In this document: positions 1-10,556 of the stretch, one piece after another
Position numbering within the stretch: the stretch's first letter is position 1
Layout: each line of letters begins with the position of its first letter
Assembly (NCBI GenBank): GCA_964016885.1
Contig: OZ024752.1
Span: 2,914,001-2,978,000 of the forward strand
Source of the DNA: Eledone cirrhosa
Lineage: Eukaryota
DNA: 64,000 bases
Direction of reading: 5' to 3'
The notes under the pieces: generated by a model
Database searches by the model: none
Told to the model about the DNA's origin: nothing
Seen by the model: the letters and a program-made list of their open reading frames with translations, nothing else
Position numbers and translations under genes: made by a program

Positions 1-766
1 AGAAGTAAATACACAGAGATTTCCAGGATCTACTTTTCCATCAAATTGATCAACTAAGTACAGGTCACACTATTAGCCACAGGAAATATTGCACAGATTA
101 TATTGTAGATAAAATATTATGTCAAATATTATTTCCAATATACTGGCTACATCTCAAAAACACAAGTGTCCCGTTGTATTACAAGATACAACTATCTTGC
201 TATATTAAAGAAATGATCGCAATGACTTCTTAGTTAAGACACAATCTGTTGGCTACATTACATCAAATCACATTACCCTACTGGCTATGTTACAGAACAT
301 GACATACACGGAAATATATTGAAAATGGTAAAATGTTCTCATTTGTAAACAATTTAACATGTTCCAAAAACAACAACACCAACACGAAATTAATACAGGA
401 GAGCAAGTACTACATAAGAAATTTAATTACACAAGCGTATTTCGTTTTGATTGTTAGTGATTTGATAAAAATACCGCTAGAAACCAATTTCTCAGCTAAA
501 TATTTGTATTAACTTCAATAACGATTGTGTTTTGTACAATATATAACACGGTATTTTAGAGGAAGCCAGATACGAATATTAGAGTAGTGATCTATGCACT
601 TTTATCAGTGCAAACATGAAAGTTTACATGTACAGAATATTGCTTCCGTCCCTTTTACATTGATGTGTCTCAATCATTCATTGTTTGACTCTCGTCAGCT
701 CACATTTTGATTATATATTTTATTTACCTTATAATTTGTACATGAAGGAATTAAGCAGCTGCTTAC

Positions 767-1033
767 AAAAACATGATAGAGAATCTTTATAGGATTAGAC
801 AATATTACCAAATCATTTGTCAGGCGTTCTGCTATAAAATTATATTCTGATGGTCGTGGATAATCATTGACGTGAGACACTTGTAAGTCCTTTTGCCGTG
901 TAAATGATATCTGGAAGGTGATTGACTGGAAAGATGTATCCAAAGAACCATCATACACCAAGATAATGCAAAAGTTGTAATCGCAGATGTAATTCATTTT
1001 ACTGAGATTTTTGCAAGTGTGTGATGAAACAAA
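767..1033 (-). CDS. Candidate internal exon of an unidentified host gene (89 codons, phase 0-0)
   Basis: Minus strand reads ttgatag|FVSSHTCKNLSKMNYICDYNFCIILVYDGSLDTSF...NPIKILYHVF|gtaagc: a 267-nt stop-free frame between an AG and a strong GTAAG donor in non-repetitive sequence. The pyrimidine tract is weak and the product is not recognised. Confidence 0.3.
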
Positions 1034-1595
1034 CTATCAATAAATACTATTTAATCAACATTCTAGTCACTCTATATAGAAGCTCCTACATTTATATATA
1101 CCTCATTTTCATGTGTCCATCTTTCTTTGTAACCTAGTAGATTATGCCGCATTCGCTCAATATCAAGATTATTATTTTTTGCTTTATGAAGATTTGCACG
1201 TTTACTATCCGGCTCTCATAGACAATTTGAACACACACACATAGACAATATTCCTAGAAAATTAGCAGCTATCTGTTCGTGGCATAGTAAATATGTCACA
1301 TTCTCCAGGGATGCCAAATATTATTGAATATCATGTGACCCCATCTGAAAATAAAATAAAAAAATACGTATGTGTATTACTGATGATAATGAGATAATTC
1401 AAGCAAAGGTCAACATTGTTAGCAAGGTCTCAGACTATCCTACCATTCTGTTTTATATATCAGACGATATATTCTGTCATTCATTACTTCTGCTGATGGA
1501 ATCATGTGATTTGTCAGTTTTCGGAAATATCCCTATCATAAATACTTACAATTGTCTAATATTTCATGAATATCTCATGCTATATAAATATATAA

Positions 1596-1667
<72 letters not shown>

Positions 1668-1669
<2 letters not shown>

Positions 1670-1730
1670 AAAATAACAGATTAAAGTTTAAGCAAAAAAT
1701 CGCTGCTTTCACCCTTAGCGGGATCTTCTA
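1668..1730 (-). repeat. Fragment of interspersed repeat family X between (TA)n tracts
   Basis: aaataacagattaaagtttaagcaaaaaatcgctgctttcacccttagcgggatcttct recurs at ~14278-14412 (both orientations), 15218-15280 and 19968-20035 (reverse). Confidence 0.7.
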
Positions 1731-1811
1731 TATATATATATATATATATACATATACACACACACACAAAACACACACACACACACACACAAACACACAT
1801 ATATATATATA

Positions 1812-2395
1812 TGTATAAAATAAAATAAATAAGTCAAATATTTAAAATTTGGCTTCGTTTATTACTGCTATATATATTTCGGTGACAGCCATCGTTGGCT
1901 GTGACCTCCTCAGGCAGTCCGAATTGGTGTGGTAGAAACGGGTACACCTGTTGTTGAAGTGTTTAACTCAGTCAATTCTCCGATATGACCAGTTCCTGGT
2001 CGGGTTGTTATTTCTCTGAGGAACTGGAATCATATGAATTCGAACAAACGAATTCCAGCGTCAACGGACACTCTCTCCACTCATTGGTCAGTTGTGAGAA
2101 CGTTCCTCAGTCAAAAGTCTATAGAGATTCTTTCTGAGCCGAGGCAATCTGGTTGTTTTTGTTATTGTTAAGTACAGCTAACCTCCTCCCTTATGTTGGT
2201 AGTGGTGTTCAGAAATAACAACCTAACCAGGAACTGGGCATATCGGAGTACTGACGGAGTTAAACACCTCAACAACATGTGTACCCGTCTCTACCACATC
2301 AATTCGGACAGCCTGAAGAAGTAACAACAAAAGATGGATGTCACCAATAAACGAAGCCAAATTTAAAATGTTTGACTTATTTATTTTATTTTACA
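1812..2395. mobile_element. Non-coding fold-back element (PLE pLTR-derived) with ~180-bp inverted arms
   Basis: 1812-2000 is the diverged reverse complement of 2226-2395 (e.g. aaataagtcaaatatttaaaatttggcttcgtttatt / aataaacgaagccaaatttaaaatgtttgacttattt). The left arm carries an HHR and abuts (TA)n. Confidence 0.75.
1864..1918 (-). ncRNA. Minimal type I hammerhead ribozyme
   Basis: Minus strand: ACTGC CTGAGGA GGTCACAGCC-aacgat-GGCTGTCACC GAAA tatata TA GCAGT. Stem I, core, stem II, GAAA and a short palindromic stem III are all present. Confidence 0.85.
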
Positions 2396-2509
2396 TTACC
2401 CCGGAGTAACCAAACCAACCTGCGCACTTCGTCGAGCGCTCCAATCTGCATAATGAGGTGTCGGTAAACAACCAACATATACTAAAAAAAAAAATATATA
2501 TATATATGT

Positions 2510-2604
2510 ATATAACATAGGAAAGTGTGGTAATGAACCAGGTGACCATAACGCACCAGTGTACTCGAAACTTTGGGTAGTAGTGTGGGTAATAGGAAAA
2601 GAGC

Positions 2605-2608
<4 letters not shown>
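2510..2608 (-). repeat. Diverged extra copy of the PLE pLTR 3' tail
   Basis: ggaaagtgtggtaatgaaccaggtgaccataacgcacc...gtagtagtgtgggtaatagg parallels 2647-2723; bounded by (TA)n. Confidence 0.7.
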
Positions 2609-2642
<34 letters not shown>

Positions 2643-2733
2643 CGAAGGAAATGTGGTAAGGAACCAGGTGGACCATAACGCACCAAAGTACTCAGTACTT
2701 GGTGTAGTAGAGTGGGTAATAGGAACCAGTAAG

Positions 2734-2827
2734 ACCCCGACGGCTGAGCTCAAGCCGTTTCGACGGCTAATTCTGGACTAAATGAAAATTTATCCTGGTA
2801 TTTAAATAGCCGATCTTCTCAAGGGGT
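2734..2827 (-). ncRNA. Type I hammerhead ribozyme, U3-A8 core variant (3' pLTR)
   Basis: Minus strand: ACCCC TTGAGAA GATCGGCTA-[~35-nt AU-rich loop]-TAGCCGTC GAA ACGGCT-tgagctc-AGCCGT C^ GGGGT. Confidence 0.8.
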
Positions 2828-3995
2828 GATTCCATATATGGTCAAAGTGATTGTCAAAAGTCAGTAGTAATTCTGTGATTGCAAATTAGTAGGGGAGATG
2901 GTGGCTAAACCTGCCAGTAGGAGATAGAGGGGAGGGGGTGGAGTAGACCCAATCAAGCGTTGGTAGTGCCAGCTACAGCTGGGCATGAGGTCAAAGAAGA
3001 TACCGGGGAGGGGGAGGGGGAGGAAGTCGGAACGGTAGTTAGAACAATGAGGGGTAAAAATATATATGAAAGAAAAAATACTGAGAGTGAAGAAAAGCGA
3101 ATAAGTGTAAAGAAAAAAGTAAAGCAAGTTCTACGACCTAAGTCTCTAGCTATTGTTAGGTAGATAAATAAATAAATAAAGAACGAAAGAAGTAAAGAAA
3201 GAAATAAAGAAATAACAAAATAAGTAAAGGAACTAGGTGGGACGGTATAGGCAAGGACCCTTTTAAGAGGCATAAGTACGTAAATCATACGGTGACGGGT
3301 CAACAAATGGTGCCAACATACTAAAGAGACTACCACGAAATAAATAATAAAGGTTTCTATCCCGGGCACGATGCCAGCAACCACCCAGTGCAACAAAGTA
3401 AACTAGTACGAGATAATAATTCTGAGTCCCGAAAAAAATATATACTAATGCTAACTCTAAAAGGTCTTATACAAGCTACATGAAAGTTCGTACGAAGTAA
3501 AGGTAGAATACGGAAAAATAATTTCAGAATCCACCCCGCCCAAAAGAAAAGCGAAGAAAGAAAAACTGAAACGAGAAAATAAGGCATAAGTGCCACTAAG
3601 AAATATAGAAGGCACGGAAAATAGTGGGAGCGGTCGGAAAAAGGGGCCAAGTATCCGGGGTCTAAACCAGCTGCTATAAAAAGCGGAGTCCGCCAAATCT
3701 ATCATAGACTAGGGGAGGGGGTGGGGGTACTGAGGCTACAAGGGGCCAACGGGCAGCCTCGGGTGGCCGAGAAAAGACGCCGACAAAGAAGAAGAGCTGG
3801 GGTAGAAGGACTAAGGAGGGATGGGGGAAGAAGGAAATAAAGGAAGCGATAAAAGAATAAAAAGAAGATCTTACGTCTCCCTTGGCAAGCAGGGGTTACC
3901 CATTGCAAAATCGGCAAGAGGTGTTATAGCCCTAGTCTACCCCCCCCCCCCCCGGGTCATTATGGGGTTTGAGGGCGAGGTAAGTCCTACGCAAT

Positions 3996-6029
3996 CTAAG
4001 TTTCCTCCGAGCATAAATTGCACGGACGGCGTCCTCCCGTGTAATAATGGGCTCTGGACAATAATCTCCAGTTGAGATCATAGGTGATGTTGTTGTCCTT
4101 GAGGTCCCATATGTGGCCCGAAAGTGTAGTGGCGTGACGCCAGGCCGGGTTTCGGAAGGTATGTCTATGTTGGTATAGCCGGGTCTTTAAGTCACATGCG
4201 GTTAGTCCTATATAGGCTTTGTTGGAGGTATCCGTCCTCACGTTGCACTGGTAGATCACATTACGGTCTCTGCATCTATTGTCGAGTGGGCAAATGGATC
4301 TATCCGGACAGTTACACCTCCTGGTCGGTTCTCCAGTGCTATTTAGGTTATTTCTGCCATCGGGGTTGAGTTTTTTGTTGTTAGAGGAGACGATGTTTTG
4401 TGCGAAGGTTGGTGTAGTGCTGTAAGAGAGTTTGATGGTATTTTTGTTAATTATGTTGTGGTAGCGGTGTTGTAGTGGGAAGTGTTTTTCAATGAGCCTA
4501 AAGAATAGTTTCCCGATGGGAGTTGTCACCTCTGCGTTGTGGGGAGGGTTGAACCATGTTACATTGCGTGAGCGGCGGTGTCTCTTGCTGGTTCCGCTAA
4601 TGGGATATGGACAGTAGGATATTTCCTCCCGGAAACCACTCCGCTTGAGGGCCTGGTTGTAATAAGGCGCATGTTCATCGAATATCCGCTCATTAGCTGA
4701 CAAACGGGATATGCGGAGGGAGATGTTTTTGACAAGGTTGTTTGTGGTGTTCCTAGGATGGTTTGATCGGCGGTGGATGTAGTGCAGGTTGTCATTGGGT
4801 TTCCTGTATGGGTAGTACAGCTCGTTTTCGAGGTCGAGGGTCACGTCCAGGAAGTTTACTCGGGTCAGGGACGTTTGTAGGGTTATTTTAAATCCCCAGT
4901 CGCGGAAGAAGCTGATTAATTGTTTCCGGACCCGATCTGTACTACTGGGGTTGTACCCTTTAAGGGTAAGGAGCCCATCATCACGGTACAATCCACCACC
5001 GAATGCAGGAAACATATCAGTGAGTTTGGCTATTAGGAATATTCCTATAAGATCTGTGACCTCCGCCGAATCCGTGGCGCCCATGCTGACGTCGAAGGGT
5101 GAGTCGGGAGCTCTTTTTATCCATTTAGAGTCGTCAAAGAGTAAGACTGTCTTCCTGGCGTGGAGGATGATTTTTCTTTCCTGGTCGGTGATGGGCACAA
5201 GTGTTTCGGCGAAGTCCGAGGCGGCAGTAAGTAGCGGTAAGGTGATTGAAGCATAGTAGCCCTCTATGTCGAACTGTATGAATTTAGAGTCTCGTTTATC
5301 CTCCATATTGCTGAACCATGAGATTACTTCCTGGGTGTTGAACCATAGGCTAAGTCGGGTGTGTTGCTTGACTTTTGGTATCACGCGGTCTAGGATTGTT
5401 TTGCTGATTCTCCCTATGTCGGACTTCGTTGGGTTAATAAGACTGATAGAGGGTTTACGGTCAAAATCGGATTTATGGTCCTTCAGTGTGAAGTATGGTG
5501 TCCGTGGGTCTAGAGGTTCAGTGCGGTCGGCGACCCCGAGGCTGGAGGTAATGTGTTGTCCATCTCGATTTATGTCCTCGATGCAAGAGTGGTTGGCCTT
5601 TTTATAGGTGGAGTTTAGGCTGCTCCTGATCAGTGTGTGGTATCTGTCAGGGTTGACAAAGTATAGGTTCCCAGTTTTATCCGAATGCACCATGATGTCA
5701 TTGGTGTTATCATACTCTGTTAAGTTGCTACGGAGTTTTTTTAGGAATCGGTTGTGTCTGGGTTTAAATTTAATGTTCTTGACCAGTTGGAAGAGGTCAT
5801 TCTCGAAGGGGGAGAGCAAGGGGTTCGGGGGCTGAGATTTGTAGGTAATACATCTGAATCTCTCCTTGGTGCCGAAGTCCTGGTTGTCGCAATATCTGTC
5901 ATAGAAAACAGTTCTCCATCTAAGTCTTTTCGCAAATAGATCGATTTTTTGCGTGATCGTCCGAAGGTAAAGTTTTTTCGTTGGGATTGGGATGTTCTTG
6001 GTAGAGAAGTCAATGTTGTGTTTTCGCAT
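3996..6029 (-). CDS. Penelope-like reverse transcriptase / GIY-YIG endonuclease polyprotein (C-terminus slightly truncated by a premature stop)
   Basis: First ATG at 6029 (MRKHNIDFSTKNIPIP); the track's start at 6176 is a TTG inside the pLTR. Motifs: SDKTG, FIQFDIEGYY, SMGATDSAEV, LYRDDGL, NFLDVT, YRKP, SNHP, WFNPP, CNC-x5-CPL-x3-C, VIY..YIG..R..H, TTLSGHIW, CNLCSEE. Confidence 0.93.
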   Translation of the reverse strand: MRKHNIDFSTKNIPIPTKKLYLRTITQKIDLFAKRLRWRTVFYDRYCDNQDFGTKERFRCITYKSQPPNPLLSPFENDLFQLVKNIKFKPRHNRFLKKLRSNLTEYDNTNDIMVHSDKTGNLYFVNPDRYHTLIRSSLNSTYKKANHSCIEDINRDGQHITSSLGVADRTEPLDPRTPYFTLKDHKSDFDRKPSISLINPTKSDIGRISKTILDRVIPKVKQHTRLSLWFNTQEVISWFSNMEDKRDSKFIQFDIEGYYASITLPLLTAASDFAETLVPITDQERKIILHARKTVLLFDDSKWIKRAPDSPFDVSMGATDSAEVTDLIGIFLIAKLTDMFPAFGGGLYRDDGLLTLKGYNPSSTDRVRKQLISFFRDWGFKITLQTSLTRVNFLDVTLDLENELYYPYRKPNDNLHYIHRRSNHPRNTTNNLVKNISLRISRLSANERIFDEHAPYYNQALKRSGFREEISYCPYPISGTSKRHRRSRNVTWFNPPHNAEVTTPIGKLFFRLIEKHFPLQHRYHNIINKNTIKLSYSTTPTFAQNIVSSNNKKLNPDGRNNLNSTGEPTRRCNCPDRSICPLDNRCRDRNVIYQCNVRTDTSNKAYIGLTACDLKTRLYQHRHTFRNPAWRHATTLSGHIWDLKDNNITYDLNWRLLSRAHYYTGGRRPCNLCSEET

Positions 6030-6214
6030 GGTGCGGGTGAAAGGAATTGAGCTTAGCGGAAAAGTCTGGATACGGCGTGGTAAGGTCGGACAGTGCTCTA
6101 CTACGGGAATAGGAGCTAGATAACGAAGGAAATGTGGTAAGGAATCAGGTGGACCATAACGCACCAAAGTACTCAATACTTGGGTTAGTAGAGTGGGAAA
6201 TAGGAACCAGTAAG

Positions 6215-6308
6215 ACCCCGACGGCTGAGCTCAAGCCGTTTCGACGGCTAATTCTGGACTAAATGAAAATTTATCCTGGTATTTAAATAGCCGATCTTCT
6301 CAAGGGGT
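6215..6308 (-). ncRNA. Type I hammerhead ribozyme, U3-A8 variant (5' pLTR)
   Basis: Same sequence as 2734-2827. Confidence 0.8.
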
Positions 6309-6426
6309 AATTCCATATATGGTCAAAGTGACCATACTGGCAGGTTTAGCCACCATCTCCCCTACTAATTTGCAATCACAGAATTACTACTGACTTTTGA
6401 CAATCACTTTGACCATATATGGAATT

Positions 6427-6520
6427 ACCATTTGAGAAGATCGGCTATTTAAATATAAGAATAAATTTTCATTTAGTCCAGAATTAGCCGTCGAAACGGC
6501 TTGAGCTCAGCCGTCGGGGT
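6427..6520 (+). ncRNA. Hammerhead ribozyme copy in the inverted pLTR (stem I partly mutated)
   Basis: accat TTGAGAA gatcggcta...tagccgtc GAAA cggct tgagctc agccgtc ggggt. Confidence 0.7.
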
Positions 6521-6532
6521 CTTACTGGTTCC

Positions 6533-6605
<73 letters not shown>

Positions 6606-6742
6606 TATATAGTTGTATGGTTACATGAAAAATAAGTCCGTAGGCGGTATGCCGGTTGAGCACTCGATGCTTGCGCAGAGCAGAGTATAATACTATAAGG
6701 ATAAGGAACAATGATTCAATGTTGCATCGTAACATATTTAAT

Positions 6743-6836
6743 AACAAATTACATATGTTTCACTATCGATCAGCTCGAGGCAAGAGCTATTATAGATTCA
6801 ACCTGACTATCTAATCGAAAGGTCGTCAGATATGCT
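6743..6836 (-). ncRNA. Minimal type I hammerhead-like motif in a short inverted-repeat element (~6690-6878)
   Basis: Minus strand: agcatat CTGACGA cctttcgattag...ctgatcgatagt GAAA catatg TA atttgtt. The element is flanked by IRs tactataaggataaggaacaa / ttgttccttatcattatagta. Confidence 0.65.
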
Positions 6837-7037
6837 TACTATATGAATTCGTCTCCTTGTTCCTTATCATTATAGTATAAATAAATACATAAATAAATAA
6901 ATATATATGCCTTCTATATTTACACACGACACTAGACAAGATTATTTCTTTATCATACACTCTCATCCGGGAACAGTTCTGTATGGCGACAGTTCGTGAT
7001 TTGAACTCGGGAATTTATTATTCTCCATGTGAGAAGA

Positions 7038-7120
7038 ACCCTCTGACGAGTGTCTCCTTCCCAATGGTGTCTGCATGGATTATCCATTTATTTTGAGACT
7101 AGAAACCGCGCGGTAAGGGT
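7038..7120 (+). ncRNA. Type I hammerhead ribozyme motif
   Basis: ACCCT CTGACGA gtGTCTC...GAGACta GAAA CCGCGCGG TA AGGGT. Palindromic stem III; the base of stem II is mismatched. Confidence 0.75.
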
Positions 7121-7280
7121 AAATGTAGTAAGTACAGTAAACTTTTAAAAATTTATTTTAAAACCTTTTTTCTATTTGCTAAATCTTGATGATATATATA
7201 TATATATCATCAAGGTTTAGCAAATAGAGAAAAAGTTTTAAAATAAATTTTAAAAAGTTTACTGTACTTGCTATATTTAC
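7119..7280. repeat. Palindrome (~75-bp arms) centred on a (TA)n tract
   Basis: gtaaatgtagtaagtacagtaaactttt...cttgatga(ta)n tcatcaagg...aaaagtttactgtacttgctatatttac. Confidence 0.85.
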
Positions 7281-7337
7281 ACTTACACGCACATGCATAC
7301 ATACATACATACATACATACATACATACATACATACA

Positions 7338-7962
7338 TACATACATACATACATACAGAACTGGTGGAATGTTCCAGTAAAAATCCCAATAAAATGCAGG
7401 CTTAACAGACCAGATATTATGATATGGGACAGGGAAAAGAAGGCATGCACAGTAGTGGAAGTTACCTGCCCAGCAGATGCCAATATAATATCAAAGATTA
7501 GCGAAAAGGAGAATATTTATACAGAACTGATGATACTCCACCCTGATTATACCTTCAGTTTATGCCTGTGATTATTGGGGCACTGGGATATGTTAGTATC
7601 TGCCTCAATACAAATATTGAGAAGCGGGGCTTCACAGGAACAGAAAGAACACAACTAGTTAGGAAATTATAAGTACAAAACATTAATGGAACAGTAAAAA
7701 TATGTAAAACATTCCAAATATGTTGCATCTAATAACTACATATACACATGTAGAGATACAAAGCATATACGCATGCACACATACAACTCAAACATACACA
7801 TCCACACATACAAAAGCATCCATATCTACACATGCATACAGACATGCATACATATATACTTAGTTGATGTGTAAATTCCAATGAGAGAGTCATGTGTCGA
7901 TGTTAGAAACCGATTCTCTCTCCATTGGCAACAATTTTTTGAAATTATAAAACAAGAAGAAC
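7338..7962 (+). mobile_element. 5'-truncated copy of the R4/Dong-like LINE (RLE endonuclease end + 3' UTR)
   Basis: WWNVPVKIPIKCRLNRPDIMIWDREKKACTVVEVTCP; parallels 9903-10511; flanked on both sides by (ACAT)n. Confidence 0.85.
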
Positions 7963-8002
7963 ATACATACATAGATACATACATACATATATACATACAT
8001 AC

Positions 8003-10511
8003 GAAATAAGTGAGGGTACCATTGAGACTGTGATAGGAAAACTCCAAGATGAGAAAACACCCGGAAGAGACATGTTTGTAGGCTACTGGTACAAAAAACT
8101 GATATTCTATCGGAGGTATCTTACTGACCTCTACCAACATGCTCTTAAGGGAGATACACTTATACCAGAATGGTTGACATTAGGACAAACATTACTGGTC
8201 CCCAAGAACAAAGACACCCACTTGACAAAAAACTACCGACCCATTGCATGCCAAAACCTGATGTATAAGATGTATACAGCCTGCCTGAACCTATTCCTCC
8301 AAGATCACTGTGAAAATAATAACATCATCAAAGATGAACAAGCAGCTGGAAAGAAAGGGGGTTGGGATGTGCTGAACAACTCCTAATCGACCAAACTGCG
8401 ATGTCGGAGGTGCGACAACTTAGGAGGAATATGGCTACAGTCTGGCTGGACTACAGGAAAGCTTTTGATTCTGTTCCCCTCTCTTGGATGATAGAGGCCC
8501 TCCAACTTGCTAAAGTCCCAGACATTATTGTTAGAGCCATAAATAAGCTGTCTTCTTCTTGGGCTACTATCCTAAGGTTAATAACAGAGAGGGAGGACTC
8601 TATTTTCACTGATAAAATAAAATATCGCAGGGGTAAATTTCAGGGAGACAGTCTCTCAGTGATATTATTCATCTTGTCTTTAAACCCCTTGTCCTTTCTG
8701 CCCAAGAAATGTGAATGATACATCATTGGCTCACAGGAGGACAGAAATACAAACCTAACCCATAATTTATTTGTAGATGATCTGAAACTCTATGCCAAGA
8801 ACATGGATGGGATGAAGAAAAATATTGACCTGGTTACAACGTTCTCATACTATATAGGAATGGAGTTTGGCCAAGATAAATGCTCATATATGACTGTAAA
8901 GCGGGGAAAAACAACAACCCAATCTAGCAACATTGCTATCAATGGCCTAACAGTTTCACATATATCTGATGAGGACTGTTACAGATGCCCGGGGATAGAA
9001 GAGAACATATCCTATAATGGTATCTGTAATAAGGAACGCGTAACCAGAGAATAATACACCCGATTAAGAAATATTTGGTCATCGGAATTCTCTGCGCAAA
9101 ACAAAACAGTGGCTCACAATGTGTTTGCTGTGCCTGTCCTAACACCAATGTTTGGAATACTCAAATGGACGATAGACGAAATCCGAGCAGTTGATGTTGG
9201 AACTCGAAAAATACTAAACATAGACCGCCTTTACTTGAAACGTAAGCAGCGAGGCAGAGGCCTAACCTCGGTCCAGACAGCATTTGAATTTTGCATCATA
9301 TCCCTCCGACAACATATAAGAACCTCGAAACGTAGGAGCCCGCCTCTCGAGTAAGTATATCTGCATGAAACAGATAAGATCTTGAGAGTTGGAATTCTTC
9401 GAGATATATTCCCTGTGTAATAATAAGAAAACATCAGACCCAGGGAAGTCACTCAGGCATATTGCAGTGAATCCATGGATGAAAAACTGCATGCTTATCA
9501 GCAAAAAATCATGCATGTTGCCAAGAAGCCCCAGAGTGAGTGTAAGGAAAGTACTCTATCTTGGACCAACAACCGCTATATTGGCTCCCACTTTGAAGGA
9601 TGCGCTTTTGCAATCGAAAACCAGGAAATTAACAGGAAATACTTGATTCACAAAAGAGATAGGGATCCAGGCAAAACACTAGGTGTGATAACAAGTGCAG
9701 ACACTTCAGAACTAACATCGAAGGCATCACCCATGTCATCAGCAGCTGTCCAAAGATGTCATCGCGGTACTATCTACTTATGAGGCATGATGTAGTTGCC
9801 AAAACACTGAACAATGCAATCCGTAAAAAAGATAGCCCCGATAATCAACACATTAAAAGCTACAGCAATGTGGAAGACATCCATGTACATAATATGAAGG
9901 AATACTGGTGGAATCTTCCAGTAAAAACCCCAATAAAATGCAGGCATAACAGACCAGATATTATGATATGGGACAGGGAGAAGAAAGCATGCACAGTGAT
10001 GGAAATTAGCTGCCCAGTAGATGCCAATATAATATCAAAGTTTAGCGAAAAGGAGAATATTTATGCAGAACTGATGAGAAATCTACACATACTCCACGCT
10101 GATTACACCTTCAGATTTATGTCTGTGACTATTGTTAGTAACTGACTAAATACAAATCTTGAGAAGCTAGGCTTCACAGGAACAGAAAGAACACAACTAG
10201 CTAGGAAATTGCAAGTTCAATCCATTAATGGAACAGTAAAAATATGTAAAATATTCCAAAATTGTTGCATCTAATAACTGCATATACACATGTAGAGATA
10301 CAAAGCATATACACATGCACACATACAACTCAAAACATCCACATCCACACATACAAAAATCATCGATATCTACACATGCATGCATGTATACATGCATACA
10401 TATCTACCTAGTTGATGTTGTGTAAATTCCAATGAGAGAGTCTTGTCTCTATGTCAGAAACCGACTCTCTCTATTGGGAAAAACAAATTGGGAAATTATA
10501 AAACCAGAATA
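8003..10511 (+). mobile_element. R4/Dong-clade non-LTR retrotransposon (RT + CCHC + PD-(D/E)xK restriction-like endonuclease), 5'-truncated and disrupted
   Basis: ORF pieces: KNYRPIACQNLMYK, WLDYRKAFDSVP, RGKFQGDSLS, THNLFVDDLKLYA, RLYLKRKQRGRGL, CRH..E..HVISSC, RHDVVAK, RPDIMIWD...EISCP..K..EK. Frameshifts and stops are present; (ACAT)n lies on both sides. Confidence 0.9.
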
Positions 10512-10522
10512 ACATACATACA

Positions 10523-10556
<34 letters not shown>

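Larger units (their letters stand above)
2640..6534 (-). mobile_element. Penelope-like retroelement (probably Naiad-type), near full length, inserted in (TA)n
   Basis: RT+GIY-YIG ORF, ~1-kb 3' UTR, 3' pLTR (2640-2920), direct 5' partial pLTR (6121-6331) and an inverted pLTR copy (6335-6534). Both ends run into (TA)n. Partial-tandem plus inverted 5' structure is typical of PLEs. Confidence 0.92.

Noticed and set aside
2920-3996. SECIS element or selenocysteine recoding in the PLE
   Set aside because: No in-frame TGA in the ORF, the stop is TAG, and no SECIS fold was recognised by eye.
4951-5939. Plus-strand ORFs of 60-113 aa
   Set aside because: Antisense shadows of the PLE RT ORF.
6030-6176. 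49-aa N-terminal extension of the 726-aa ORF
   Set aside because: It starts at a TTG within the pLTR; the first ATG is at 6029, just before the conserved-looking KNIPIP motif.
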